A stretch of DNA of 63,000 nucleotides, the filler included, from Octopus bimaculoides (taxonomy: Eukaryota): assembly GCF_001194135.2 (NCBI RefSeq). It is 6 parts of 5 records of this genome, joined end to end, with 100 filler letters (N's around TTAATTAATTAA, not from the genome) between each part and the next. Parts side by side here need not be neighbours in the genome. Positions count along the whole stretch, not along the records: positions 1 to 9,197 come from NC_068993.1; positions 9,298 to 27,687 come from NC_069009.1; 4 more parts are not named here. The stretch is one strand, 5' to 3'. The notes under the pieces are model-generated. The model made no database searches, was not told where the DNA came from, and worked only from the letters and a program-made list of their open reading frames with translations. The first letter of the stretch is position 1. Each line of letters starts with the position of its first letter. This document shows positions 1 through 12,158 of this stretch, piece by piece. A program made the position numbers and the translations under genes.

Positions 1-150
1 TATATATATGAAATTAGATAAATAATAGAACGGGAAATTATGCATTGAACGTCATACACACATATATGTATCTATATGAGTGTGCATATGAGTGTGTTTG
101 TGTGTGCGTGCGTGCGTGCGTGCGTGTGCGTGTGTGTATGCACGCATGCG
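1..150. repeat. Compound microsatellite (TA/TG/TGCG)
   Basis: Directly visible short tandem repeats. Confidence 0.9.
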
Positions 151-342
151 TGCATGCGATTTTGTGTTTCAGGTTTTACAACTTATGTTGGCTTGTTTAC
201 GCCCCAGTAACTTAATAGTTCAGAAAAAAAAGAGATCAATTAAATAAGTACAGGGGTTGATTAGTTTCACTAAACCCTTTAAGGTTGCAGTTCAATAACT
301 GAAACAAAATAAAATAATAAAAGAATAAAGAATATATTTGGA

Positions 343-452
343 TGTATGTATGTATGTATGTATGTATGTATGTATGTATGTATGTATGTATGTATGTATG
401 TATGCATGCATGTATGTATGTATGTATGTATGTATGTATGTATGTATGTATG
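343..452. repeat. (TATG)n microsatellite; resumes at 2671 after an inserted element
   Basis: Directly visible. Confidence 0.95.
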
Positions 453-460
453 AATAGAAT

Positions 461-2669
461 CTAGTTTCTTTTTCATTCGCAAAATATGCATTTTTTTAAA
501 AGGAAGTAAAAAATCTGAAAATCAGCTATAATCTTGTGTTCTTCGAGTCTCATTGCTTTGAAGGTATGATGTCGTGGAGGGGAAAAAATGGAGAAAAAAG
601 GTACAACGGTTTAAAAATCGAAAAAACTGTATTTTTAGCCAATAGCGAGACAGAAATTTTCTGCGTTTAGCGGAGTGGTATCAACTTTAAGGCTGTACCC
701 TGTGAAATTTATTGTTTAGTGTTTGACCTGTTGAGTGTAAGTTCCTAAATAAACAGAAGTACCTAATAAAATCAACATGTATCATCTTACTGTTTCCCAT
801 GTCTCTTCATTGATTGTATTTTTTTTATTTATTTCATTGATTGTATTTTTTTATTTATTTCATTTGTTATATTAATATATTTGTCAGCATGTGTTTACTT
901 TAAGCGTACTTCAGTATTATGTATACCTATCATGTATTTGTGTACATCATTAATATAAAAGTTCGTGTGTGTGTGTGTGTGNNNNNNNNNNNNNNNNNNN
1001 NNNNNNNNNNNNNNNNNNNNNNNNNNNNNNNNNNNNNNNNNNNNNNNNNNNNNNNNNNNNNNNNNNNNNNNNNNNNNNNNNNNNNNNNNNNNNNNNNNNN
1101 NNNNNNNNNNNNNNNNNNNNNNNNNNNNNNNNNNNNNNNNNNNNNNNNNNNNNNNNNNNNNNNNNNNNNNNNNNNNNNNNNNNNNNNNNNNNNNNNNNNN
1201 NNNNNNNNNNNNNNNNNNNNNNNNNNNNNNNNNNNNNNNNNNNNNNNNNNNNNNNNNNNNNNNNNNNNNNNNNNNNNNNNNNNNNNNNNNNNNNNNNNNN
1301 NNNNNNNNNNNNNNNNNNNNNNNNNNNNNNNNNNNNNNNNNNNNNNNNNNNNNNNNNNNNNNNNNNNNNNNNNNNNNNNNNNNNNNNNNNNNNNNNNNNN
1401 NNNNNNNNNNNNNNNNNNNNNNNNNNNNNNNNNNNNNNNNNNNNNNNNNNNNNNNNNNNNNNNNNNNNNNNNNNNNNNNNNNNNNNNNNNNNNNNNNNNN
1501 NNNNNNNNNNNNNNNNNNNNNNNNNNNNNNNNNNNNNNNNNNNNNNNNNNNNNNNNNNNNNNNNNNNNNNNNNNNNNNNNNNNNNNNNNNNNNNNNNNNN
1601 NNNNNNNNNNNNNNNNNNNNNNNNNNNNNNNNNNNNNNNNNNNNNNNNNNNNNNNNNNNNNNNNNNNNNNNNNNNNNNNNNNNNNNNNNNNNNNNNNNNN
1701 NNNNNNNNNNNNNNNNNNNNNNNNNNNNNNNNNNNNNNNNNNNNNNNNNNNNNNNNNNNNNNNNNNNNNNNNNNNNNNNNNNNNNNNNNNNNNNNNNNNN
1801 NNNNNNNNNNNNNNNNNNNNNNNNNNNNNNNNNNNNNNNNNNNNNNNNNNNNNNNNNNNNNNNNNNNNNNNNNNNNNNNNNNNNNNNNNNNNNNNNNNNN
1901 NNNNNNNTTAGGGTTAGGGTTAGGGTTAGGGTTATGAGTGAGGTTATGGGAAAAATATGCACACACAGATACGCACAGCGTAATTTATTATATAAACAAT
2001 ATATGCGTATAAATTACGATTAAACCGGATGAAATATGTCACAGGGAATAACATCTTTATGACCGGCCAGCACTGACTGTATTCAGCTGATTGGTTGAAA
2101 TTACAGAAATACGACAACTTTAACATGAAATAACTTGCGATGTACATTTTTTTGTTAAGAAGGCTAAGAGAAAAAGTTGTTTTGTATGACACATTCTACC
2201 AGTGTCCCAAGTTTGAAAGTGTTTCGTTAAGAAAACAAGTGTTGCCCGTCAAATCACAAAGATCCATTAAAATTTTTATGAATAGAACTAACCTAGAGAA
2301 ATCATAAATCCAGCTGCCTGAGTCAATGAGTCCCAAAAGTGTATGAAATGAGAAATATGTAAAAATACTAACCCCCAGTAAAAGCACGTGTGAAAAATCA
2401 ACATAGACAACAGCAGCATGGATAACAGTGAACCACAACTCAGCGTGCGGTTGTCATGGTAACAAGCTGCTAATGCTACGTTGTTTGTTGATTGGCTAAA
2501 ATTGCTCAAATTTCTCAACTTTAATTCCAAATAACATCAGATTCTTCAATTTACGAGATAAAGTAATTGGTTGATCATAATAAAAATTCAGAGTTGCATC
2601 GATGCAGCAAACCTGAAAACAATCTGAGCAAAATCAAGTGGGGCTCATTTTACTAATGAGAAAGACTAG
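461..2669. mobile_element. Non-autonomous TIR DNA transposon, copy 1 (superfamily unassigned)
   Basis: ~23-bp imperfect TIRs (consensus CTAGTCTTTTTCATTCGCAAAAT). AAT on both flanks. Both arms are homologous to 4315-5686. Contains a gap and a nested element. Confidence 0.75.
1909..2265. mobile_element. Right arm of a Merlin-like element with (TTAGGG)n, nested in copy 1
   Basis: TTAGGG array next to the gap, then sequence homologous to 8480-8684, ending AAAGATCC. Absent from copy 2 of the host element. Confidence 0.6.
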
Positions 2670-4314
2670 AATGTATGTATGTATGTATGTATGTATGTAT
2701 GTATGTATGTATGTATGTATGTATGTATTGTATGTATGTAAGTACGTACGTACGTATGTATGTATGTATGTATGTATGTATGTATGTATGTATGTATGTA
2801 TGTGTTTCTGTGTGTTTGTATATATATATATATATGTATGTATGTGAGCGTGTACGTATGTGTGCGTGGACGTGTGTGTGTGTATGCATGTTTATGTAAA
2901 TAGCCTTCGCCGCACACGTGCTTGTTCGCTTGGCTGTTTTGAAGCTGCATGTCATCTTCACTAGAACGAGAGGTCAGTTTGCCATGGGGACTTGTCAAAC
3001 TGGAACTTATGGTCGCCAAGTGTCTGGAAGGACACAAACCTCTGTAAAAGTCATTAGCTTACCTCCCACTAACAAGATCATATGATACTTTTGATTTCGT
3101 TTGAATATTTTTTTCTTTTTATTTCATTTTTTTTCCTTCTTAACTAGACATTAGCCACACACAAACGCATGTACACAAGCTGAATTCACTCTTTATCGCT
3201 TCACTACGAAAGTTGAGAATGTCTATGACGTTTTATTGGCTATTTATTTTCTGTTTTTCTTTTTCTTTTTTTTTTTTTACCAGTGCTATTATAATTATTA
3301 TAATTATTGAGGGACGTGCTTCCTTCTAGTGTGTTTATCAAAAGGTGGTCGACAGGAGCAAGACTGGTGAGACTGAATGGATCTACTCTGAATATGCTTG
3401 TCTAAGCAAGAGGAAAGAAACTGGAAGAGGACACTTTCCCATGCCTTGGAGATGGCAGAGTAATCCGGAAATTTTGTGTGGGGTTTACCCCGAATTACCC
3501 TAAGTGGACTACCCCGCTACTGAGGATTCTATTTATTTATTTATTTATTATTTATTTCTTTACTTTCTATTATATATTCTCTGTTATACCCTTAAATGTG
3601 GTAGTGTCACCCCTTGTCTGACGGTTTCACACGAATATCTACAATGCTTTCAAGTGTTACCGTGTTCATGAAGTGTGTACAGCGTTGCTTCTTTGGAGTG
3701 TAGAATCGCGTCTGTAGCAAACAAAGAGAGCAAGTTGTATATCAAGTTAAAGATTTTCGTTCCAATCTTCGATAATTATATCACGGTAGTTTGCCTCGAT
3801 CTGTTTGGCCATCTGAGCAGGGTATGTCTCAGATGATTGTTTTCATGCATCATGTTAGGTACAAGTTCGCACAACTGTCAGCATATTGCTCAGTGGATAT
3901 AGTTAGTTGATTATTGGAATTTGCAAGGACTGCGTAAGACAGAAATGATATAGACAGTTACCTCATTGTACTAATTGCATAGTCTGCTCTTGACTATGCA
4001 GTTTGGTCGAGTAATGCGAGAGTGTAGATATTTTTTCTTTTTCTCTATTTTTAAATTTAATATATCTATGTAATTTTTTACGCTGAATCCCAATTTTCTA
4101 TTCATTTATTCCAGAAAATTTTTTTAAAATTGTTACAGGTGTTCAAAGTTTGATAATTTTCAGAATTTTCAGCCAATCTAACAACAGCGTGTTCGCTGCC
4201 TCTTCTATCATCGGGGTGGGGGCATCGGTATGTCAAAACATTGCTAGAAATAACAATCAATGTATTAAAATATACACGAATGAAGTTAACATTAAAGCAT
4301 TCGCGAGCAAGGAT

Positions 4315-5686
4315 CTAGTTTTTTTTCCTTCGCAAAATATGCATTTTTTAAAAGGAAGTAAAATATCTGAAAATCGGCTATAATAATGTGGTCTTGCAGT
4401 CTCATTGCTATGAAGGTATATGATGTTGTGGAGAAAACAATTGGAGGAAAAAGTCACAGAGCTTTAAAGATCGGAAAAACTCTGTATTTGTAGCCAATAG
4501 TGGCACAGAAATTTTCTGCGCTTAGCGGAGCGATGTCAACTTTAAGGTTGTACCCTGTGAAATTTATAGTTTAGCGTCTGTGACATGACTTGTTCACTGC
4601 TGGTTTCTAATTAAACAGAAATACCTAACAAAATCAACATGTATCATGTTACTGCTTCTTTTGTCTCTTCATTGATTGTATGTTTTTATTATTCTTTTTT
4701 AATTTGCTATATTAATATATTTGTCTGCATGTGTTTACTTTATGCGTATTTCAGTATTATGTATTTGTGTACATCGTTAATATATAATTGCATGTGGATG
4801 TATGTAGTCATATATAATTTATATGCACATTTACGCATTCATGTATGTGTATGTGTGTGTGTGTGTGTGTGTGTGCGTACGTGTGTGCGTGTGTGTGAAG
4901 GGGTGGGGGTCTGTTTCCAAAACTCCAAAGCTGAGTAACGTTTTCATGCTTGGATTTGTAAACTATGATAAAAATAACACTGGTCAACAAAGAATTTATC
5001 CCAAAGAAAAGAATACTTATATATTTTTGCGTGCAGAATTCAAAAATAATGTCAAATTATCAGTATCACCCACCGTTTCTCTGTTCCATGCTATCCCTCT
5101 CAGTTCTTAATACGTGGGCTAAATTTCAGTGAAGCTGTTGAAATGTGAAGCTAACGGTTTAAGAAATACTCCTAATTAAAATTTTTATGCATAGAATTTA
5201 CCTAGTGAAATCATGAATCCAGCTATCTGAGTCAATGAGTTCCAGAAATATATGAAATGAAAAATATGTAAAAATGCTAACACACAGAAAAAGCACAGAA
5301 AAATACTAACACACAGAAGTACTGAAAACTATGTAATATACTAACACACAGAAAAATTAAAACAAAACACGCTGGTGAAAAGAATCTGGTGGTGTGAAGA
5401 ATCAAGTGTGAAAAATCAGCATAGAACAACGTGTGGCATAGACAGTGAACCATAACACAGCGTGTGGTTGTCATGGTAACAAGCTGCTAATGCTACGTTG
5501 TCTATTGATTGGTTAAAATTACCCAAAATTTCTCAACTTTAATTCCAAATAACATCAGCTTCTTTAATTTACGAGATAAAGTAATTGGTTGATCGTAATC
5601 AAAATTCAGAGTTGCATCGATACACTAAAGTTGAAAGCAATCTGAGCGAAATTAAAGGAGCTCATTTTGCGAATGAAAAAGACTAA
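4315..5686. mobile_element. Non-autonomous TIR DNA transposon, copy 2
   Basis: Same TIRs and arms as 461-2669, with an internal (TG)n at the same position and a short internal tandem expansion near 5270-5360. Confidence 0.75.
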
Positions 5687-6039
5687 ATCCGCAAGCAAAT
5701 TAAATATTTAAAAGTTTTCACACATACAAACATTCACATACTTCCTTTGTTGATTTTTCTTTTCAGCGTTGAATGTTCACCATCCCACTTCCATTGCACA
5801 CACACAAACATTCACATACCTCCCTTTTACATATTCACACATATACTCACACAAAGCTGAAACGCTCCCACTACCAGTTTGACATCACCTCTTCATCTAT
5901 CACCTCTTCCTTTCTCATTCATATGTTGTGTCGGAGAAAAACACAAGAGCATTATGGTAGAAGATTAGCTTTCTCGTATCTACTTCTCTTCCTTGTGCGC
6001 GTGCGCAGCATTTTTGGAAGCACAGCTTGTTTGCTACGG

Positions 6040-6240
6040 TGATGTGTAAAATACTCGCTTCTGATTGGCTAAAATACCCAAATTTTGCAAATTTTAAAGG
6101 CTAGTAACTTTTTATTATTATGAATTTATAGGAAAAATTAATTTCATTTTCATAATTAGTATAGAAAATTTAATCCATATACCAAATTTGAAAGCAATTG
6201 GAACAAAATTTTAAACAGTGAAGAAAACCACAAAGATCTA
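6040..6240. mobile_element. Degenerate arm of a related DNA element
   Basis: GATTGGCTAAAATACCCAAATTT subterminal motif; ends CACAAAGATCT, similar to the 2265 terminus. Confidence 0.4.
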
Positions 6241-7326
6241 TTGTTTTTATTGATTTCGTTTTATTCGATTTAAACACACTTTTTGTTGTATTTCGTCCGT
6301 TTGCTGTTTATTATTGATATTATTATTTGATATCTCAAACTGTGTTTCACCTTCAAATCTTGAACTTAATCCTTTATCAGTATAAACTCTAACTCTTTGG
6401 TACACATTCGCTCCCTAAAATCATTCACGAATTAAACAATCACATCGACCTTACCAAAGTTGCAGGGCACTCAAAGGTTATCCTCCTCCTCCTTCTCCTC
6501 TTCATCCTCCTTCGCCTCTTCAATTTCTTTCGCCTCTTCATCCTACACATCATTGTCACAGTAGCCTCACAATTATATATTATCTACATCAACACAATTA
6601 CTCTCTCATACGATCACTCCACTGCTACGCCAACAACACCAACATAATACGAGATGTTAATATTTCGAAGATAGCGACATTAACAACACACAAACATACA
6701 CACACATATATACACATCAATACGCGCATACATGCACACGCACATGCAATACATTTATGTACAAGCAAGCATGCACTCGAACTCTTTGCTCAAACTACAC
6801 ACAAACACACACACACACTGACACGCATACATATTAAACTCAAGCAATTTGTACCCATTAACCCCAGTATTGCCATAATGACGCCTGACAGGTCAAGCCA
6901 GCTGGCACATCACAAAACGGCACAGGATAGTTAGTAAGAAGGTCGGGTGGAAACAGTAGGGGAAAAGGTTTTGTAGGATTTAAAGGTCAACCAACCCACT
7001 TCTTAAGAAATGAACAAAACTGTATCTTGTCTCTTTTGTCATACTGTGTTAGAAAGGACGTGAATGACAAGTTCCCAGCCAGATTTCAGGAGTAATGTAT
7101 CCTGAACTACGTTGCCCAATACATCCATTTTTAGACAATACGAAGTGACTCGCAAAATGTTGGCTGTTATTTCCAGCAGGTCGAGTAACGGCGTAAAAGC
7201 ACCTTCATATGCTCTTTTGTTGATTTTGGTACACATGTTGATCGTATTTCTAAAATATAGATATAATTATTGACGCATCTTACACAAACATATCACTTCG
7301 AATATTTACATATATCTTTTATATTT

Positions 7327-7530
7327 TATCGTTTATCTTTTACTTGTATCAGATGACTGCGCCCATGCTGGGGCACCGTCTTCAAGGTTTCAGTCGAACA
7401 AAGTCGACCCTAAGACTTAATTTCTTTAAACCTAGTACTTATTCTATTGGTCTTTTGCCGAGCCACTAAATTACGGCGACGTAAACACACCAAAACCGGT
7501 TTTCATGCAGTGGTGAGGGACAAACACACG
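7327..7530 (-). mobile_element. tRNA-SINE family S2, 3' half (degenerate)
   Basis: Matches the reverse complement of the 3' half of the full copies at 19474 and 56569. Confidence 0.7.
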
Positions 7531-7647
7531 CACACATGCGCGCACACACACACATGCGCGCGCACACACACACAAGTTAATATAACCTTAGATAAGTTTC
7601 GACCAAAGATTGGCCCATACAATGTCTAACTTAATAGCACATATCTT

Positions 7648-8684
7648 GGATCTTTTCATTTTCATGGGCAGCTCGATTAATTAATTTTCTTTGAAATTTC
7701 GTATACTGGTAGAATGTGTCATACAGAACATCTTTTACTCTCAGGGTCGTTGAGAAAAGTGTCTATTTACGAAGTTATTTCGTGTTAAAGTTGTTGTATT
7801 TCGGTAATTTCAACCAATCAATGACGTGTATTCAGCTGAATAAAATTACTGCTGTTGTTTGTCAACAACAACTTCCAGCGGTGTATATTTCGTTTGTCAC
7901 TGTTATTTATGATATATTTCATCTCAGTTACGTTCGTATGAATAAACGAGTGTATCTGAAGCACGTTTACTTCATGACACCACTATAATCGTTCGTGAAT
8001 TTCTACTGCTTTTAGGTTTTCTTTCCTGTTTTTCGGCTACTATTTTCGGAAAGACTTTCTCCAAAAACCCACCCACCCCATTTTCTCGCAAATTATTATT
8101 TTTTACATTTTTTTCCCCAAAACCCAGCTTTTCGGATACAGAGATTCCTGAAAATTGCCAAAAATTGGAATATTGAAATTTTGTTGCCCCCCCCTTACCC
8201 CTCCTCCTCCAATTTCTTCATTTTTCACTTTTTCCATAGCTCTAACCCTAACCCTAACCCTAAAACCCTAACCCTAAAACCCTAACTCTAAAACCCTAAC
8301 CCTAAAACCCTAACCCTAAAACCCTAAAACCCTAACCCTAACCCTAACCCTAAAACCTTAACCCTAAAACCCTAAAGCTAAAACCAGTACAAACGCACGA
8401 ACGATGTCATAAATAACAGTGACAAACGAAATATACACCGCCGATAATTGTTGCTGACAAGCAACAGCAGTAATTTTATTCAGCTGAATACACGTCATTA
8501 ATTGGTTGAAATTACCCAAATACGACAACTTTAACGCGAAATAACTTCGTAAATAGAAACTTTTCTCAACAACGCTAAGAGTAAAAGATGTTCTATATGA
8601 CACATTCTACCAGTATACGAAGTTTCAAAGTGTTTAGTTAAAGAAAATTAATTAAAAGAGCTGCCCATGAAAATGAAAAGATCC
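7648..8684. mobile_element. Merlin-like non-autonomous DNA transposon with long TIRs
   Basis: GGATCTTTTCATTTTCATGGGCAGCTC termini, ~280-bp inverted arms and a perfect 8-bp TSD CATATCTT (7640-7647, 8685-8692). GG termini plus an 8-bp TSD fit Merlin. Confidence 0.8.
8242..8375 (-). repeat. Interstitial telomere-like array (CCCTAA / CCCTAAAA)n
   Basis: Directly visible inside the 7648-8684 element. Confidence 0.9.
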
Positions 8685-8690
8685 CATATC

Positions 8691-8786
8691 TTTTTATTTG
8701 TTTCAGTCATTTAACTACGGTCATGGCGGAGCAACGCCTTAAGTCGAACAAATCGACCCCACGACTTATTCTTTGTAAGCCTAGTA
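8691..8786 (-). mobile_element. S2 SINE 3' tail interrupted by mariner
   Basis: Homology to the S2 tail stops at a TA (8785-8786). Confidence 0.75.
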
Positions 8787-9197
8787 TTAGGTTGTCAAGA
8801 AAGTTCTTGCAGAAGTTTTAATTTTCGTTTTAAATTATGTATTTTCAAATTAATTTTCGTTAAAATACTTTGACTTTATATATCATTTTAAAGCCCGTTT
8901 TTCGCTCTATCTAATCGTGTCATTTTCTTTTTGAATAATTAAGCCATTTTTGCCGGAACGTTAAATACAACATGAACAAAAAGCAAATTCGCACAATTTT
9001 CTTATTCCAGTTCAAGCTAGGCCGAAAAGCTGCTGAAACAGCTCGTGATATCAACGATGCGTTTGGCCCAGGAACCACTAATGAACGTACAACACAATGG
9101 TGGTGCAAGAAATTTCGTAGCGGTGACGAAAGTCTTGAATATGATAAGCGTAGTGGTCGGCCATGGGATGTTGACAACGATCAACTAAGAGTCTTAG
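8787..9197 (+). mobile_element. Mariner (Hsmar1/cecropia-like) 5' end with transposase N-terminus (8972-9197), cut by a gap
   Basis: TA + TTAGGTTG TIR. MNKKQIRTIFLFQFKLGRKAAETARDIN...WCKKFRSGDESLE...RSGRP is the HTH region typical of Hsmar1/SETMAR-type transposases. Confidence 0.88.
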
Positions 9198-9297
9198 NNN
9201 NNNNNNNNNNNNNNNNNNNNNNNNNNNNNNNNNNNNNNNNNTTAATTAATTAANNNNNNNNNNNNNNNNNNNNNNNNNNNNNNNNNNNNNNNNNNNN
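9198..9297. other. Artificial scaffold-join spacer (N44-TTAATTAATTAA-N44); also at about 27688, 42672, 57166 and 60880
   Basis: Identical 12-mer with stops in all six frames, centred in 100-bp N blocks five times. Confidence 0.9.
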
Positions 9298-9344
<47 letters not shown>

Positions 9345-9350
<6 letters not shown>

Positions 9351-9690
9351 CTCCACTCTGTCGGTGATGAATGACCATGGGTGCACCGAAGAGGTTCCCT
9401 CTGGGGGCAAAGTTGCCTCATCGGCGTACACACAATCTAGGGCAGTGTTTATGGAAGACTAGCAGCCTCTCATCTCTACGCCACCGTTTTTATCCAAAGG
9501 AATGGTAAAGGGGTCAGTACAGCTTGGCACCAGTGATGTCACAACTCCTTTCTAAAGCTCTCAATGAACTGTATCAACAGGAAATAAAGTGTCTTGCTCA
9601 AGAACATAACATGTAGCCTGGTCTGGGAATCGATCTCACAACCTCATAATCGTAAGTTCGATACTCTAACCACTGAGCCACGTGCCTTCA
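9345..9690 (-). mobile_element. tRNA-derived SINE (separate family) with CORE-like middle and LINE-like tail
   Basis: Minus strand GGCTCAGTGGTTAGAG (A box), GAGATCGATTCCC (B-box-like) and TTGAGCAAGACACTT. Confidence 0.65.
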
Positions 9691-9879
9691 TATACATACA
9701 ATTTTGAATAATAGTATCAGATTGGAGCCTGGTGCAGCCTTCTGGCTCACCAGCCCTCAGTCAAACCATCCAACCCATGCCAGCATGGAAAGTGGACGTT
9801 AAACAACAACGACGACGATGATGATGATGATGATATATACAGACACACTTGGGACTGGAATCATAGAATGATTGCATTA

Positions 9880-10085
9880 CTCTTACTCTCTCTCTTTTAC
9901 TTGTTTCAGTCATTTGACTTCGGCCATGCTGGAGCCTTGCCTTTAGTCAAACAAATCGACACAGGACTTATCTTTTATAAGCCTAATACTTATTCTGTCA
10001 GGTTTTTTTGCCGAGCCGCTAGAAGTGAGGGGGATGTAAACACACCAACATCGGTTGTTAAGCGATAGTGGGGGTCACAGACACA
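9880..10085 (-). mobile_element. S2 SINE 3' half
   Basis: Homology to the S2 copies. Confidence 0.75.
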
Positions 10086-10111
10086 AATATACGCATACAC
10101 ACAAATATATA

Positions 10112-10503
10112 GGCATAACCACAGATTCCTCCTCGCCGCCGACTTTGGATGATCATAACTTTCAGAAGAATGGATATTTCTTAATGAATTTTTCTACGCA
10201 TATTCATTATATCATGTAGATTCCGAATATAGAAAACTTTTTTGGGGGAAAGTGTTTTAGGAGGGGAGGGGGTGGGAAATTTCGGAAAATTCACCAGCGT
10301 CCACTTCAATTCGTCTTAACTTTCAAGAAAATATGAAATTTTCTACAAATATACCTCGGACTATGTAGATTCCGAGAACATAGGAATTTAGGGGGAAAAC
10401 AATTGGAGGTTACTTTCGAGGAACGTTCCCCACTCGGGGGTGTTTCGGAACAAATCGTCCATATTTGTTTCATTTTCTCCGCACAGGAATCTGTAGTTAT
10501 TCC
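10112..10503. mobile_element. Merlin-like MITE
   Basis: TIRs GGCATAACCACAGATTCCT / AGGAATCTGTAGTTATTCC and 8-bp flanks AATATATA. Second copy at 15160-15530. Confidence 0.7.
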
Positions 10504-10949
10504 AATATATATATATATATATATATATAGATAGATAGATAGATAGATAGACATATATAAGTCGGCTTTCAGTTTCCATCCACCGAATCCATTCGGAAAG
10601 CTTTGATCTAGCGGAGGCTATAGTAGAAGACAACTTGCCCAGAGTGCAATGCGGTGGGACTGAATCGAGAACCATGTGGTTGAGAAGCAAGTTTTTTTAT
10701 TAGACAGCCACTCCTGTGTATTTTGTTGCATTGTCCTCTTCGTAAACAATTTGAGACCAACCATGAACAACAGGAAGAAAGTACACAAAGCAGATCAGTT
10801 TGCGCATGTTCTGAGTTCAAACCTTGCTGAGGTTCACTTTGCCTTTCATCCTTTTGGGGTTGATAAAATAAGTTCCAGTTGAGCACCGGGGTCAATGTAA
10901 TCAACTTAGCTCCTTCTCCAAACCTGCTAGCCTTGTTCCCAAAATTTAA

Positions 10950-11242
10950 GGTGGCAGGTAAAATACACCATTAGTGCCCCTGGACTGGCTCTTGTGCAGG
11001 TGGCACATAAAATGCACCATTTTGAGCGTGGCCGTTGCCAATACCACCTGACTGGCCCTCATGCTGGTGGCACGTAAAAGCACCCATTACACTCTCTGAG
11101 TGGTTGGCGTTAGGAAGGGCATCCAGCTGTAGAAACTCTGCCAAATCAGATTGGAGCTGCAGAAATCTGGTTTGCCAGTCCCCAGTCAAATCGTACAACC
11201 CATGCTAGCACGGAAAGCGGACGTTAAACGATGATGATGATG
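10950..11242 (+). mobile_element. RTE-type LINE/SINE 3' tail ending in (GAT)n
   Basis: Same family as 9716-9836, 11437-11663, 45935-46076 and 48886-49032. Confidence 0.75.
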
Positions 11243-11436
11243 AAAATCAGTTTTGGTCATACTTAATGTTGATTTTTCTTCAACTGTTGATTCGGTTGTA
11301 TTTATGATAGTTTTGTTTTACTACTTTACCCTTTACCAATATATTAAGTGCATACAGCAAAATCTCCTTCGGACATGCTCTCCTTCTCAAATTCACTAGT
11401 GTTTATCTTACGCATGAATATATATATCCATAGGTT

Positions 11437-11663
11437 TCATCATCATCATCGTTTAACATCCGCTTTCCATGCTAGCATGGGTTGGACGATTTGACTGAGG
11501 ACTGGCGAACCAGATCGCTACACCAGACTCCAATCTGATCTGGCAGAATTTCTACAGCTGGATGTCCTTCCTAACGCCAACCAATCAGAGAGTGTAGTGG
11601 GTGCTTTTACGTGCCACCAGCACGAGGGCCAGTCACGTGGTACTGGCAACGGCCACACTCAAA
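11437..11663 (-). mobile_element. RTE-type 3' tail, inverted relative to 10950-11242
   Basis: Close reverse-complement match, including the (CAT)n end. Confidence 0.8.
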
Positions 11664-12158
11664 ATCCTCACAAATATGTAGTTGCATTGTCTGTTTGATT
11701 TGTTAATTAAATGCTTTGTTCTTAGGTTAGAATGTTAATTAGACACAAGAAAGCTCAGTCCCCAACTTCTTAACAAACCATATCGTTTTGAAATCAGAGA
11801 ACCAACCTAATGAATGCTCTAGATTAAAATAGGAATTTGACAATTCAGAATATATTTTTAAAAAACTTTTTTTATTCTTTAGAATAAAACAACTGAAACT
11901 TTTTTGATTTTTTACATAAAGTGCTTTTTGTGAAAAAATTAGTTTAGAATATTATAAATTGTAACGGAAATTCTCTCTCAGTTTAAATGACATTCCCCAC
12001 CCAGCAATGGAATTGGATCCAGCTAGAAGCTAGATAGAAATTCAATACTGTTTTGTTAGTTCAATCAAAGGATATAGAAATTGTGTATATATTTTTTCAT
12101 TGTGTTGTATGGCATAGTGGGAGATGTCTTATATTCTTCTATATTTTATCATTCATAG

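Noticed and set aside
1909-1935. True chromosome end
   Set aside because: The array is short, internal and attached to a transposon arm.
895-2023. Long ORFs across N gaps and YI/HT/CV-repeat ORFs throughout the track
   Set aside because: They consist of X residues or translated microsatellites; no coding evidence.
2900-3060. Possible minus-strand exon (PSRHLATISSSLTSPHGK...)
   Set aside because: No recognisable domain, no clean splice pair and no partner exons.
9242-9253. Recurrent TTAATTAATTAA motif (five copies)
   Set aside because: Always centred in 100-bp N blocks; an assembly spacer, not biology.
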